From Eledone cirrhosa (lineage: Eukaryota), in the NCBI GenBank assembly GCA_964016885.1, contig OZ024741.1, positions 100,130,001 to 100,194,000 on the forward strand: 64,000 bases of DNA, read 5' to 3'. A model generated the notes under the pieces. That model made no database searches and had not been told where the DNA came from. It saw only the letters and a program-made list of their open reading frames with translations. The translations under genes were made by a program, and so were the position numbers. Positions within the stretch are counted from its first letter, which is position 1, and each line of letters opens with the position of its first letter. Positions 29,400 through 43,470 of this stretch are shown here, one piece after another.

Positions 29400-29800
29400 T
29401 CATAGAACCACTCTCTGTGATGTTATTTGTTCAAAGAAATCGATCGCAACGCCAGAAGTCCTTTTGTGAAGGTTGCACTTTCTAATTGAAATAGTGGAAG
29501 CTGCTTCGCTTGTACAGTTTCTGTGGTAATATCTGCACAATATCCTCTATTGAATTCTTGATTAATTCTTGAATGGAAAGAACTGAATATGTTCCAAAGT
29601 TTGAACTAAAAGTTCGCCCCTTTCGTCAGCCACCACATTCAATGTTATTTTGAAACGATTTAACATACAAAAGGACAGTTTGGCGTACTTGAGCGGTTGA
29701 AAATGCCTGCAGGAGTTTAATGTTTAATAGAGATTTGAAAGTTGTATCAATCTTCAATTTTTAGTTTGGTTGTAATATGATGTCTGTTATGAGAGGAGGG
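29400..29800 (-). mobile_element. Possible decayed CR1/Jockey-group LINE C-terminal remnant
   Basis: Minus-strand RILCRYYHRNCTSEAAS resembles LFYRYYHGxCSxELxS. Confidence 0.35.
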
Positions 29801-30580
29801 AAATAAAAGGAACTTTTTAACTAGTGTTTTAACTTATACAGATTTTCGCTGAATATATTCTAAAGCAAAGACAAAAATACATAGTCAAATACACACAAAC
29901 ACACGCACAGACACATATACAAACAAACGCACAAACACACAAACACAACTACACGCAGGCAACAACATGCGAACACACACACATACACACACACACGCAT
30001 ACACACACACGCGCACACGCACAGACGTATCTATGATTCTTGAAATATACTTCCAGAAATGCTGTTAACACATTCAGAAAGTTCACTTGAAAAAGTTATT
30101 TTTCCTTAGCACTCATTGCTCTTATTTTTCCTTTTAGCACTCATTGCTCTTATTTTAGTTAACAACCAATCAAAATATATGAAAATATTTACATACATAC
30201 ACATATATACATGCTTGATCTCCATCGTTACAACAAGGTTTCTTCCTGTTATATATATAAATCTGCTTTTTGTCTCCCTATTTACACACATATACACACA
30301 CATATATATATATATAGAAACTTCGTATCTCTAAAGAAATACGTTATGTTTACAGGGTAAACATTTAGTAAGCCGTGGCTATGCAAAACACCCGGGTTAA
30401 CTTACTCTGGTCGTGTCCAGCAGATAGGAGGGGGACAATCATCTATGCATTTCGGACTTAACTAGGACGATACCTCCCACGCTTGCTACAGCTGGACTTG
30501 AGAACAGTCGAGAATATATACTTTTCTCGTCTGTGTAATATATATATATATATATACACACACGCACACACAAACACACC

Positions 30581-30611
<31 letters not shown>

Positions 30612-30612
<1 letters not shown>

Positions 30613-30840
30613 CGATGTGCGGACTACAAAATAGTCTGTCGGTTGTGAAGTAGATAAAAGAAAGTGCTCAACGACCTGTATAAATGTGTAAGTCGGAGCA
30701 TTATATATCAATAAAAATCCGAGGCCATATTCATTTGGTTTTGATCTATAAAATCCGTAATGTATATTTCGCTGAGGACTATCAGTCATAACAGCGTGAA
30801 CTTCTCGGACGGTAAACCTAAAAGCAACAAATATCATTAA
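30612..30840 (-). mobile_element. PiggyBac-like transposase remnant
   Basis: IFVAFR...FYRSKPNEYGLGFLLIYNAPTY resembles DExxVxFRG...YxxSKPxKYGxK...DAxTY. Confidence 0.5.
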
Positions 30841-30858
30841 ACATACTTAAACTTGGAA

Positions 30859-30947
30859 AAGGTTAACTTTTCTTGATACAGAGAGCCGGCCGGGCATAAT
30901 AACATCACATATTCAGGCAGCTCTCGGTATCAAGAAAAGTTAACCTT
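30859..30947. repeat. 89-bp hairpin with arms of about 30 bp
   Basis: AAGGTTAACTTTTCTTGATACAGAGAGC ... GCTCTCGGTATCAAGAAAAGTTAACCTT. Confidence 0.85.
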
Positions 30948-31403
30948 ACTTTTGAAATTAACGTGCAAGTGGTTAAGCATTTTTTCTGACACGCGCACAC
31001 TTCACATATTCACCAGGAAGTCTCAGTATGAGAAACGTGTGACAAGGTGGGTTTTTGAAATACAGCTGCGACTCGTTTTCTATAGGTACATGTACCAGAA
31101 CAACGTTAAATATTAAAGGACGTAGCACGCCGAATTGCACTTACGTAATTACGATCCTGAAACATATAGGTTCAAAGTCAAATGCTTTCACAATAAGTTA
31201 CAATGCAACCGTATTCGAGCAATTTGAGTAGCGACAGTTTTAGATTTATATAAGTCATAATATGACGGGAAAATATTGTTGGTGGTGCTCTAGTGTACTT
31301 GAGTTCCAGTTCAGTTAACTACTTTTCAAAGTCAAACAGCTTTGTTGCTTCTGACTTGCATATTATATAAATAAATAAATAAATAAATATATATATATAA
31401 AAA

Positions 31404-32546
31404 TACAATATTAAATAAATGGAAAACTATATTTATAAAACCATATTTATTTCATTATATATATTTCGGGGATATCATATTAACAATATGTTATGCCTTC
31501 ATCAGACAAAATACAATATAAACAGTTTTATAGATAAATATATTCGACATACCGTAATAAACATCAACTTCATTTGAAGAGGTTTACTCTAGCAGTGAAA
31601 ATACAGAGAGAAAGAAAGAGAGAAAGAAAAGAGGGAAAAAAGAAAGAAAGAAAGACAAAACGAAGAAGAGGAAGAAAAAGAAGAAAAAGAAAAAGAAGAA
31701 ATGCATGGGACAAAACAGAGAGATGGAAAAATAGATAAAGCGAAGAGCTTCATGTAAAGAGACAGAAAGATATATATATATATAGAGAGAGAGGAAATAG
31801 AGATAGATACATATATATATATATAGAAAATTAGGTAGTGGGAGGTCATTTTGAGTAAGTGTATCAATGATACATTTATTTATTTATTTATTTATTTATT
31901 TAGCTCAAGTATTAATGTAAGGGAGATATATAGAGAGATATAGAGAGATATATAGAGAGAAAAAAAATTTTAAAATAGCCAGACATATTCGAGGTATATA
32001 TTCGAGATATTTTTTTATTATGTAATATTCTTTCGTAATATATTTTTTTTAGTTTTCTATTCTATATTTTTATATATTTTTACTTATTATTATTATTATT
32101 GTTATCTTTGTTTATAATATAATATATATTTTCGATTAATATATTGAAATCTGCTCTCTATTTCTGCTTGATAGATAATCTTGTAGAGTAATCGCAAGAA
32201 TAATAATACGCTCAAATTTTTATACCACACTGAGAATGTTTTCCGGTAACTAAAAGTTTGCAGAGTGAATCAGTTGGATTCACATTGATGTTTGTAGCTG
32301 TCACATAAACATATGAATTTTTTAAAACTAAACATAAGATAATGAATTTTCACACATTGTGAATACTTGTTTCATTCAGGAATACTGATATTTACAGTAT
32401 AGTGCAAGTTTTATAAATACTAATACATTAAAACATAGGGTTTTCTACGCCTCGAATATGTCTGGCTATTTTTAAATTTTTTTTTTTTTCTCTCTCTATA
32501 TCTCTCTATATCTCTCTATATATCTCCCTTACATTAATACTTGAGC

Positions 32547-32585
<39 letters not shown>

Positions 32586-33142
32586 ATGTATCATTGATAC
32601 ACTTACTCAAAATGACCTCCCACTACCTAATTTTCTATATATATATATGTATCTATCTCTATTTCCTCTCTCTATATATATATATATCTCTTTCTGTCTC
32701 TTTACATGAAGCTCTTCGCTTTATCTATTTTTCCATCTCTCTGTTTTGTCCCATGCATTTCTTCTTTTTCTTTTTCTTCTTTTTCTTCCTCTTCTTCGTT
32801 TTGTCTTTCTTTCTTTCTTTTTTCCCTCTTTTCTTTCTCTCTTTCTTTCTCTCTGTATTTTCACTGCTAGAGTAAACCTCTTCAAATGAAGTTGATGTTT
32901 ATTACGGTATGTCGAATATATTTATCTATAAAACTGTTTATATTGTATTTTGTCTGATGAAGGCATAACATATTGTTAATATGATATCCCCGAAATATAT
33001 ATAATGAAATAAATATGGTTTTATAAATATAGTTTTCCATTTATTTAATATTGTAAATATACTCCAAATATTTGTCGAGTGCTTTTATATCAGTTATAAA
33101 TATTTACTAGTTGTAACCCAACAATTTTAAATATAACTTTAC
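31404..33142. mobile_element. Fold-back PLE-end insertion (AT-rich family C): near-identical arms 31404-31994 / 32450-33055, 455-bp spacer, right-only tail 33056-33142
   Basis: Mirror ORFs 31589-31867(-) and 32594-32875(+). Same family as 59543-59992. Confidence 0.88.
32948..33009 (+). ncRNA. Type I hammerhead motif; mirror copy on - strand at 31450-31511
   Basis: TTTTGT-CTGATGA-AGGCATAACATATTGTTAATATGATATCCCC-GAAA-TATATA-TA-ATGAAA. Confidence 0.72.
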
Positions 33143-33692
33143 ATGTATATATAAAAATATATATGCATATATATATGCCACCCTCTGAAAGGAATTCTTT
33201 ATCTTAACATATATATATATATATATATATATAGATAATTTAATATATCAACTAACATAAGCGCACAGATGCACGCCCATGCTAGCAAATACACAGGTTA
33301 TGTCATAGTACCTAGGTGGTTCAATGCAGGAGAATGCAGAACAATAATATAAAGGACGTAAAAGAAGAAAATATCTAAAAAAAAATAAAAAATAAAAAAA
33401 AATGTTTTTTAAAATTTTTTACTTATATATATATATATATATGTGTGTGTGTGCGTGTGTGTGTGTGCGTGTGTGTGTGCGTGTGTGCGTATGTGTGTGT
33501 GTGTGTGCGTGTATACAAAGGAAATGTTTGAACGTGAGGAGGAAATTGGGAATGGATTACATTGGTGAAATATTTTGAAAGCTAAATATCTAAATACTTA
33601 TAGAAGATTTCATGCAAATATAAAATGCGATCCTAACCTCCTTACATAGATGCATCCAGTAGCTCACACGCAGCTAACATACACACACACAC

Positions 33693-33775
<83 letters not shown>

Positions 33776-36716
33776 GACTTTGTATATACACTTTGTATAT
33801 CATCTACATTTGTATCTAGGTAATTATTTGTGTTAATTAATCTCGCCATCTATCTGTCTCCGCTTTTACTCTATCCTTCTGTCCCAATGCTTTTCTTTCT
33901 GTTTTCCTCTATTAATGTGATAAATTATGTATCTAAATGAGTTTTTTCGGTTATCTGTGTCCCTCTCCTCTTTTGTATATATGTGTTGTATCTCTATATT
34001 TATTTATCTATGTATATATTCCAGAAAACATATAGGTGTGATATGAAGTGATGATGGGAATAAGAATGAAAGATAAAGAATAGGGATGGTTAAAAGCTTG
34101 TTATATAAACATAAAGACGGATATGAAATGCCGAGATTGAGTAAAGAAGGCGGGTAAATTATGCATATAGTAGTATATCCATATCTCGACATTATTTTGA
34201 CTACTAATTCTTCCCTTTCTGTAACCGTTGCACAGCACAAAATATTATTTTTATTAATTGACTTGGCATCCTATGCAGAGTTATCAATTAATATATTTAT
34301 TATATGCTGATGCCAGCCACCCTCTGAAAGGAATTTTTTATCTCAACAATGGCCTACTAGGAATAGTAACACAATCTACCTAAAATATACACTGCAATCA
34401 CCATTAATGAAATACACGCGATTTAATTAATTCCTAGATATAGTATAAATGAAAATACAACGGGATCATAGCTGAAATGCCGTTTATCAAAATTTTGTTT
34501 AGTGAGAACTGGCATGTATAGGGCTAAACGGCATCGAATGAATCAACGAAAAAGCTTCTAACAGGTTTCTTGACATGTTACAACTAGTAGTCAAATCTCT
34601 GTCAAATAGATTCCGTCAAAGTTGAGAATGAAATCATGGTATATGGTAGTCATGGGTATATTGGTTAAAACAAAATAGGATCATCATGCCTTCATTAAAT
34701 ATTCTGGTTTATAGCCTTGAGTTTGGGCTATAAACCAATAGCAATGTAGGATGAATTATCAAGGGATCATAATTTCAAACCAGCCTGTAACACTTTCATA
34801 GTTCAAGAGGTTGACTGCTTGACCTCGGTGACAATTGAAGGGTTTAATTTCAGCCATGGTGATAAGAGAAAGGGAGATGGGATTCATGAGATCAGAATGT
34901 TAGATTGAATTCCTAATAATTGGGTAAATAACAGAGAGAGAAGAAAAGCAATGGACCTCCATCAGTTTCTACAATGAATGTCCTATGTGTTATATCAATC
35001 GAAAAACCTGCCCATGAAATTAACCAACAAGTGTCTTAGCATTCTACCAACATGTCAAGACCTGGTCCCTTGAATTACATATCGTTATTCCTATTGATTT
35101 CCACACAATTTCGGTCAACCAAACGACATTTGCCCAAACGGCAAGGCAATAGGATCGAACCCCAAATCGTAATAAGTTGAAAGCGATCTTGGCTATGCAA
35201 AGTTCACCCTATACATAACATACGTTATACATAAACTACTAACAGGATTATTATCATTACAATAATCGCCTTGAACAATCCGATGAGCGATCCTCTATAT
35301 GTTATCTCTCGAGCTTCTAAAAATATCTATTAGGTTACCTTGAAATCAAATTCTACAGTCTTCAATAGATGATGCAATCCCACCCGTCTCCAAAACGGCA
35401 AATCACAAATGGAAATCATCTGATCATGTCGTCTCTGTGACGGCAGAAGTTCGCCTAAGCATAATCAATACTGTAATATTTCTTATATTTGCCACACGGA
35501 CGATGCGTGTTGTGATATTACAAGGCCAAATTACAAGAATAGTTTTTGTTTATGTAGAATCGATGAAGAAAAATATAAAAAATTTGAAAAATAATGGTAT
35601 ATATAAGAATGAAATGAGATTTCTTAATAAGAGCAGAGACACATAGAATCAATAAATGAAGTCAATAAATCAATGATTGCTCTTAGAATTAAGGGAAATT
35701 GGGATTAGCCCCATTCAAGCGAGCTATACTCATTACATTCAAACTTTGTTCAATATATTCGCTTGAGGGCAGCACATACCATTTCATTCATATGCATTTC
35801 AATATGGAACTTAATGTAGATTGTGTGGTATTCACTGAAAGGGAAAGAGCACCTTTAATATTTTCAGTTATCTTCTCCATACGATGTATTCCTACATGAC
35901 CAGGAGAGAGAAAAATTTCCTGCCAAACAGATGCCTTTAAGTGATTCATTTGACAAACCTAAAATAACAACGGGAATTCCTTCAAATCACATCCTACACT
36001 ATGAAACAGGGATATATTGCATAATTTAGTGATAGATATCTATAGAAACTGAATGATCATCAGAAACGCATTTAATCATATGTTTGATGGATTAGGTTTG
36101 TCTTAGGCTAAAAAAAAACAAAATTAAATTACTGCAAGCACATGCTTTTACCGAAAAAAGAAAACAACCAAACAAACGGAAAAAAAATAACATAAAAAGC
36201 AAATAAATGGAACTATATATTAAAAAAAACATTTCATTAATTAAAATATGCATATATCTCTTTCATTGATTTCCGCCTATCGAGTAATAAAATATACGGC
36301 GTAGAGAAACACCACTTAAACAGCACACTACTCTAAACATCCATTCTAACCTTAATCAGACTCCCACCCAAATATCAACTACTTGACTAGTTGTTCATCA
36401 TTCTCTCATAGATTTAATATCTCGATTAAATTGAGCAGACTTTTACCACTAAACCATTTTACTGTAAATATATATATTTTTTTTATTTAACTGTAATTTA
36501 ACTGTAATTTTAAAATTTCTTTGATTGTTATCCCTTTGTTTGTTCTATGTGTGGTGCCGCTTTCCTATGAGCGAATCACTAATATATGCTCCGAAGCGAA
36601 GTTTCAACCCACGCGACATAGCTTCTATTGAGCAGTTAAGTAGGAAACGAATACGGAGAATTGCGTTGGCCTTTTTGCCCCTGGCATGAAATCATTCTAA
36701 ATTACTGTCTCACACA

Positions 36717-36866
<150 letters not shown>

Positions 36867-38201
36867 ATGTATGTATATATGGGAGAGGTATCCATATCAA
36901 CATTTTCTCTAGTAAATCTTATGCGTCTTTTACTAAATTCCCAACACGTCCCTGACGATGTCACCCGTTTTTCCTATCGCTCGGGTTTATTCCTTCTATA
37001 GACCTCAGGTATCGCATATATGTTGACATGCTTTTCTCCTGGTTCGCCTGTAAATGTTTATTCGCAAATCGTGACTACTGTGGCAGGTGCTTGATTAAGA
37101 TATGGAACTCGGGACCACATAGTTGACATTCAAATACGTCAACCAGACAATTTTGCCAGCACCTATAGATGCTTAGTGCATGAATATATATCAGCTTTGT
37201 GTACTAAATGAATCAAATTCTCAACTTCCAAAAACTGCTGTCTAGCTAATTAAATGAAAGAATGTTTTCACTAACTTATATAAAGACGTTATTGATAACG
37301 TACATAAAAGTATATAAATATTTACCTCACTCAAACCAGGAAATATTATAAATAAAGAATGCTATAAGCTATGTCCAGTAGATCAAATACTTTGATCTAC
37401 TAATGTAAGTGGACTCATTCTACTCCAGACACATTCAAAGACTATTATGTATCTACTGGCGAGCGCACTTTTTGCAAGTAGTACGACGAACATTGCGTAT
37501 AAAAGGCTCGAATATAATGCTGTCTGGAAGTTACTTATCTTTATTACTTTAGACGACAGTTCACTAATCTTATTTTTACTATAAACTAGATCTAATCTAC
37601 CATGTGTACATAGCAAAAAACAAGTACAAACGCATACATACTCGCAAATGCGTATGTATGTGGGTGAGTGTGTAGGGGATACACAAATTATAAACTCTAA
37701 AAGCAAACACCTAATGTTAAAGACAAGAACTTTTGGTAAATATGGACGTTTTAGGCGGCAAGTCTTTAAAGCCGAATATACCCATTTATTTCTTACATGA
37801 ATATGTAAGCATATATGTTGGACGTTTTCATTGGTTTTTGCACTACACCATCTTCTAAGAACATTATAATCCTTCCTAATCCTTTCGCTATGTTGTCTTT
37901 TGTTTTCCATTTTCTATTTGTGTCTTGATCCTTATCTACCCCGCTATATACACTTCTTTATTTTCTACTCTGACTAAGCCTAACTTTAAAATTATAAATC
38001 TGTCTGTCGCCACCTACACACGCGTCTAAAAATGTTACTTACTCATTTGCCTCACGTCTTCATTGCACCACTCTCGTCTTTTTTACTAAAAAACTCGCTA
38101 CTTCAATAAATATATACTGAAACACACAAAACACATACATTGAGACGCGCACACACCAACACGAACATATACGCAAAATAATACACCAGCATTATCACTA
38201 C

Positions 38202-38420
38202 GTGGATTGGCAGTATCGGTAGCGTTTGGACGCTATGCTTGACACATAGAGTTACGGCCCTTGCCATTCTGAGTTCAAATCCCGCCGAGGTTAACTTTGC
38301 CTTTTATCCTTACGGAGTCGATAAAATAAAGTACCAGTAATGGACTGGGTCGATTTAATCGACTTCACCTTCCCCCTCCAAAAAGAATTGCTGGCCTTGT
38401 GCCTATATACGAAGCCATTA
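38202..38420 (+). mobile_element. tRNA-derived SINE with Deu/Nin-like central domain
   Basis: GTGGATTGGCAGTATCGGTAG...GAGTTCAAATCCCGCCGAGGTTAACTTTGCCTTTTATCCTTACGGAGTCGATAAAATAAAGTACCAG. Several copies in the window. Confidence 0.85.
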
Positions 38421-38759
38421 TCGCTATGCACACATGTTGAATATAATAGTTTGGTTATTTTTCTCACTATTCAATAAGATTCGTTGAGGGGACAAATGCT
38501 CCGTACATCCCTTCAACTAACACTAAGTGAAGAGAATGTAGATCGTGTAAAATACCCAAACAAACAATACTGACTTAAGAGAAAGAAATAAAGAAATACA
38601 CAAGCACATTAACAACAAACACTAGTAAACTAAGATAGAATCCAATAACCAAAACGGTCACCCAAACGCGAACACACACACCAAACTCTATACACACACA
38701 CAAACGCATGCGCAGAGAAGAAGACAAAAATTAAATAAATAAATAAACACATAAAATAA

Positions 38760-39035
38760 AAATGGCGTCGACATACAATACAACAGGTGGAAACATAATA
38801 GTACCACTGATGATTTTGCAGATGTGCAACGAAAGAACTTTGTTAGACTATATATATGTTTTTATATCTGTATTTTTGACCGTTGGTCATTCAATGATAA
38901 ACATTGAGGACCAAATTAATTAACTGTGGAGATATAAAAGATACAGAAGCGAAAACCAACTAAACAGTGAGTGTGTTCTGTTATTATTTGTGGCAATACT
39001 ATTACAACAATATGACTCTCCCCAAGTATAACAAT
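38760..39035 (+). mobile_element. PLE-type 3' end (family D) with hammerhead-like core at 38807-38840
   Basis: CTGATGA-TTTTGCAGATGTGCAAC-GAAAGAACTT. Homologous to 59180-59467. Confidence 0.65.
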
Positions 39036-39037
39036 AA

Positions 39038-39090
<53 letters not shown>

Positions 39091-39098
39091 CGTGTGTA

Positions 39099-39176
<78 letters not shown>

Positions 39177-39664
39177 CATATATAATTAGTTACAGCAGTG
39201 ACATATACAGGTATATATGTTTCTTTGGGCTATGTATCCCGCCTCAATTAGCCAGTTATAGAATCAAATATGATTTATTTTATGGCAATAAGCTATAAAT
39301 AGCTATAAATAACGAAAATTATTAGAAGGGTTGAAGGGAGGTAACTTTTCGAAACCTGCTGATGAACCGTTGCATAGCCCTAGTTATATATTTATTATCA
39401 ATTTTAGATTTCTTCAAGAATAACAATTGCTGATGCAAATTGTGCGTGCAGAATGAAGCGAAGAAACTGGCAGCAGCCAGGATTTATTTGGTATACAGAT
39501 ACCAATATACACATGTAGCCGTATATTTACTAATTAACAAAATGTTCGCACTCATATTTATCATTTACGTTTCTTAAAAAATCATTGGGAGTGTATGTAT
39601 ACGATTCGCGTATATATATATATATATATATATATAGATATGTATGTATGTATATCTATATCTA

Positions 39665-39697
<33 letters not shown>

Positions 39698-39749
39698 GTC
39701 TGTCTATCTATCTATCTATCTATCCATATATATATACATATATATATAC

Positions 39750-39782
<33 letters not shown>

Positions 39783-40483
39783 CGGATTAACAAATAATAG
39801 TTAAATGCAGTCCACTTAGGTGAAGTCCAGTTATGGTATTCCAGGTAGTGGATGATATTAACGCTTGGCTTGGTTTGACTCAACAAGGCGTTTTCATAGT
39901 GATGCTGCGGGTATGCTGTAATTCCTATGTTGCAAACACTTGGAGTAATAATAAATCAGGAAAGAAGGTTTACATGGTTTGCTATACAAAAAAGTTTTTA
40001 ATCACATAGCTTACATTTGTTTCACTGAACTGGTATGTCTAGAGATCGCTATCCGCCTAATTTTGCGTCACTCGATCGCCAATACAGAATTATAACCAGT
40101 CAGATCTTCGGAGCATGCGAGAATGAAGAAAATACACAGGCAAGAAAAGAAAAGAAAATATGGAGTAGTTATGGCATTCAATTAGAACAATAATAACAAC
40201 AACAATTATTACAACAATGCTATCAATAAACTATTTAAGGAGACCCTGACATTACTTAGGTGGGGGGTATATAATGTATCTAATGTTACGGCGTGAAAAC
40301 CAGCTGTCATAAGGCAAAAAGTATCGTAGTGTGTATCAATTTTAAATTATAAATTATAAAGATAAGCTAGTTTTTACAGTCTTTCTCTTCATCTTCAACA
40401 GTATACATGAGTGGGACCACTGTCAAAGCTCAATAGTTGTAGAGTTAATACAGAGGTTAACGAATTAATATACGCATATATCT

Positions 40484-40542
<59 letters not shown>

Positions 40543-41250
40543 AATATATATACACATATATGTGTACATAGACACATACATACACATCAATATACACTCG
40601 TACAAAAATATACATACATGCAAAAAGAAAAGCGTGCTAATTGTAATTATGGCAAAAAGAAGGTAAAGTAACATTGTAGTAGTGAAATGAGAAAAACTAG
40701 GATCTAGGATCAAATGATTGCAGCAGCTGAGAAGGAGTAAGATTGTTGGTAGATGAGGTATTTACAGACAATTGTGTGGTATAGACTTGTGAAGGAAATA
40801 GTATACTTAATGAATATATTTCTGTGGGTAGTAGGTATCCTAATTTAAAGCTATGTTATGTTGGTTCGATTCACGGAGGTTTGAATCTTATGAATTTAGT
40901 GGCTATTCTATGTCTGCAGAAGATAGATCTTTCTAACTTATTATTAAGTAGCCGTTTAACATTTCTAAGGATATACAATAGCTCAAGATCACACAGCCCG
41001 CAATAGGACATACCTGTACTATTGGTTTTAGCAGCCGACAACTTCGACCAGTTGATAGTGTAGCTAGCGTTGCTGTCCTTCAATTCCCATATTTTTCTGG
41101 CGAGGGTGGTGGAACCCATAAGTGCTCGGTTTTTCATTGAGTGCCTGTGCACATACCATCTTTTCTTAAAAGAACCCGCGGTGGATCCTATGTAATTCCA
41201 GGTGGAGTTACCCGAGATGACAGTGCACATGTACACCAGGCTCGATTTTA
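39783..41250 (-). mobile_element. Naiad-like PLE 3' part: GIY-YIG (40871-41250), 3' UTR, variant hammerhead at 40009-40114
   Basis: LVYMCTV...NYIGSTAGSFKKRWYVHRHS...YCGLCDLE...FCRHR. Hammerhead reads GCT-CCGAAGA...GAAA-CAAATG-TA-AGC. Confidence 0.82.
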
Positions 41251-41269
41251 CATACATACATAAATTTGG

Positions 41270-41305
<36 letters not shown>

Positions 41306-41934
41306 CTGTGAGTTTGCGTGTATAGTTTTTTATATTTATGTATGTATGTAAAATCCGCCACTCAGTAGTTACAGATGATGTTGATCTTTTCTTCTTTTCG
41401 GGTTATAGTTACTGTCACTCAGAGAGTGGAATTGGCTCAGTGCACAGTCTTTCCTCAGTTTACAATAACCTTCACGCACAGGCATTACACGTTAGCATTA
41501 ATTGATAATTTATTAATAATGTTATATCGTGCGATGACCATACTCGATAACGAGGGGGCGGCCATCATCGTGTATGTATGTATGTATGTATGTATGTATG
41601 TATGTATGTATGTATGTATGTATGTATGTATGTATGTATGTATGTATGTATGTGTAGTGCCTTTGCTCACTATAAAAGCTTCACAGCACAGGCATTGCTT
41701 TATACCTGGAGATCTCTCTGCACTTGTCGTCACATGGAACCATGGGCCCAGCACTATGTGTCAATAATTGTTACAGGTGTAATGTCTGTACCAACCAGAG
41801 TTTTCAAGTCGCTGGCTGGACTAAAAAGTCACACTCGTTCAGCGCATCGGTAGGGGTTCTCCTACATGGATATAAAGTAGTGGCCGTACTCGAAAACGAG
41901 TGGGCAGCCACCATGTATGTATGTAAGTATGTTC

Positions 41935-42770
41935 TTCTGTCTTTATAATTCCACAAATGTTTACCAATAGAGAGTCGGTTTCTAAGATAGATAAAAGATT
42001 CTCTCATTAGAATTTACACATCAACTTGGTAGATATGTATGCATGTTTGCATGCATGCGTGGGTTTGCAGGTATGGATGTTATTTTATGTGTGGATGTGG
42101 ATGTTTTGAGTTATATGTGTGCATGTGCATATACTTTGTATCCGTACAAGGAATTATTAGATGCAGAATCTTTGGATTGATTTACATATTGTTACTGTTC
42201 CATTAATGGATTGTACTTGTAATTTCCTAACTAGTCGTGTTCCTTCTGTTTCTGTGAAGCCCATCTGCTCAAGATTTGTACTGAAGCAGTTACTAACATA
42301 TCCCAGTGCCCTAATAATCACAGGTATAAATCTGAAGATATAGTCAGGGTGGAGTATCTGTAGATTTCCCATTAGTTCTGCATAGATATTCTCCTTTTCG
42401 CTAATATCTTATATTGGCATCTGCTGGACAGCTAAGTTCCGCCACTGCGCATGCCTTCTTTTCTCTGTCCCATATCGTTATAGGTCTGTTATGCCTGCAT
42501 TTTATTGGGGTTTTTACTGGAACATCCCACCACTACTCTTTCATATGATGTATATGTATATCATCCACACTGCTGTAGTGTTTAGTGTGTTTATTGTCGG
42601 GGATATCTTTTCTACATATTGCATTGTACAGTGTTTTGGCCACTATATCATGCCTCATAGGTAGATAGTACCGGCATGGCATATTTGGACAGCTGCTTAT
42701 GACAAGGGTGACATCTTCGATGTTAATTATGCAGAGTCTGCACTTGTTGTCACATCTAGGTGTTTTGCCT
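41935..42770 (-). mobile_element. Second, shorter copy of the R4/Dong-type LINE 3' end, flanked by (CATA)n
   Basis: Reverse complement aligns with 17150-17945. ORF 42157-42372 reads LQILHPDYIFRFIPVIIRALG...LQVQSINGTVTICK. Confidence 0.85.
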
Positions 42771-43357
42771 GCATATGTATATATGCATGTATGTATGTAA
42801 GCTCACTGAAAGCAATAACTACAGAAATAGAAAAAATAGGAGACAATATGGACTGCCGATCTTGCAGTGCAGACAGAGTGAGATGTAATTGATTCTTAGA
42901 AAAAGAAGGAAGGGAGAATAGAGGACGATAGATCTGGCAGAGTAGCATCTATTAACAGGATCGCTTCAAAAAAGCCACGAGGCTAAGGGTTTAGAATGTT
43001 AGTTCCAATATAAGAGAGCGCACATGACAAAGACAACGGAAAATATAACGTAACACCCCAATCTCGTCAATCAAACTCTAGAAATCATTACAATTTCAAT
43101 ATATTGAGGTTGATACTGTTCCTTTAGTACACATTCGAACAACAGAAAACAGGTAGAGACACAGGCATGATCAGTTATAACTTTCAGGGCATTTCTCGGA
43201 TAAAGACGACACAAGATAAAACAAAAAAAGAATAATTTCTACATACCAATGTGCGTCAATTGAAAAGTGGTACTATGAGAGTAATAGAAAAAAACACAGG
43301 AAGGAATATGGACTTCAAGCCCAGTGCGTATAGAAAGAGAAATGTCATTACGGCGTA

Positions 43358-43407
<50 letters not shown>

Positions 43408-43408
43408 C

Positions 43409-43452
<44 letters not shown>

Positions 43453-43470
43453 ATATATATATATATATAT

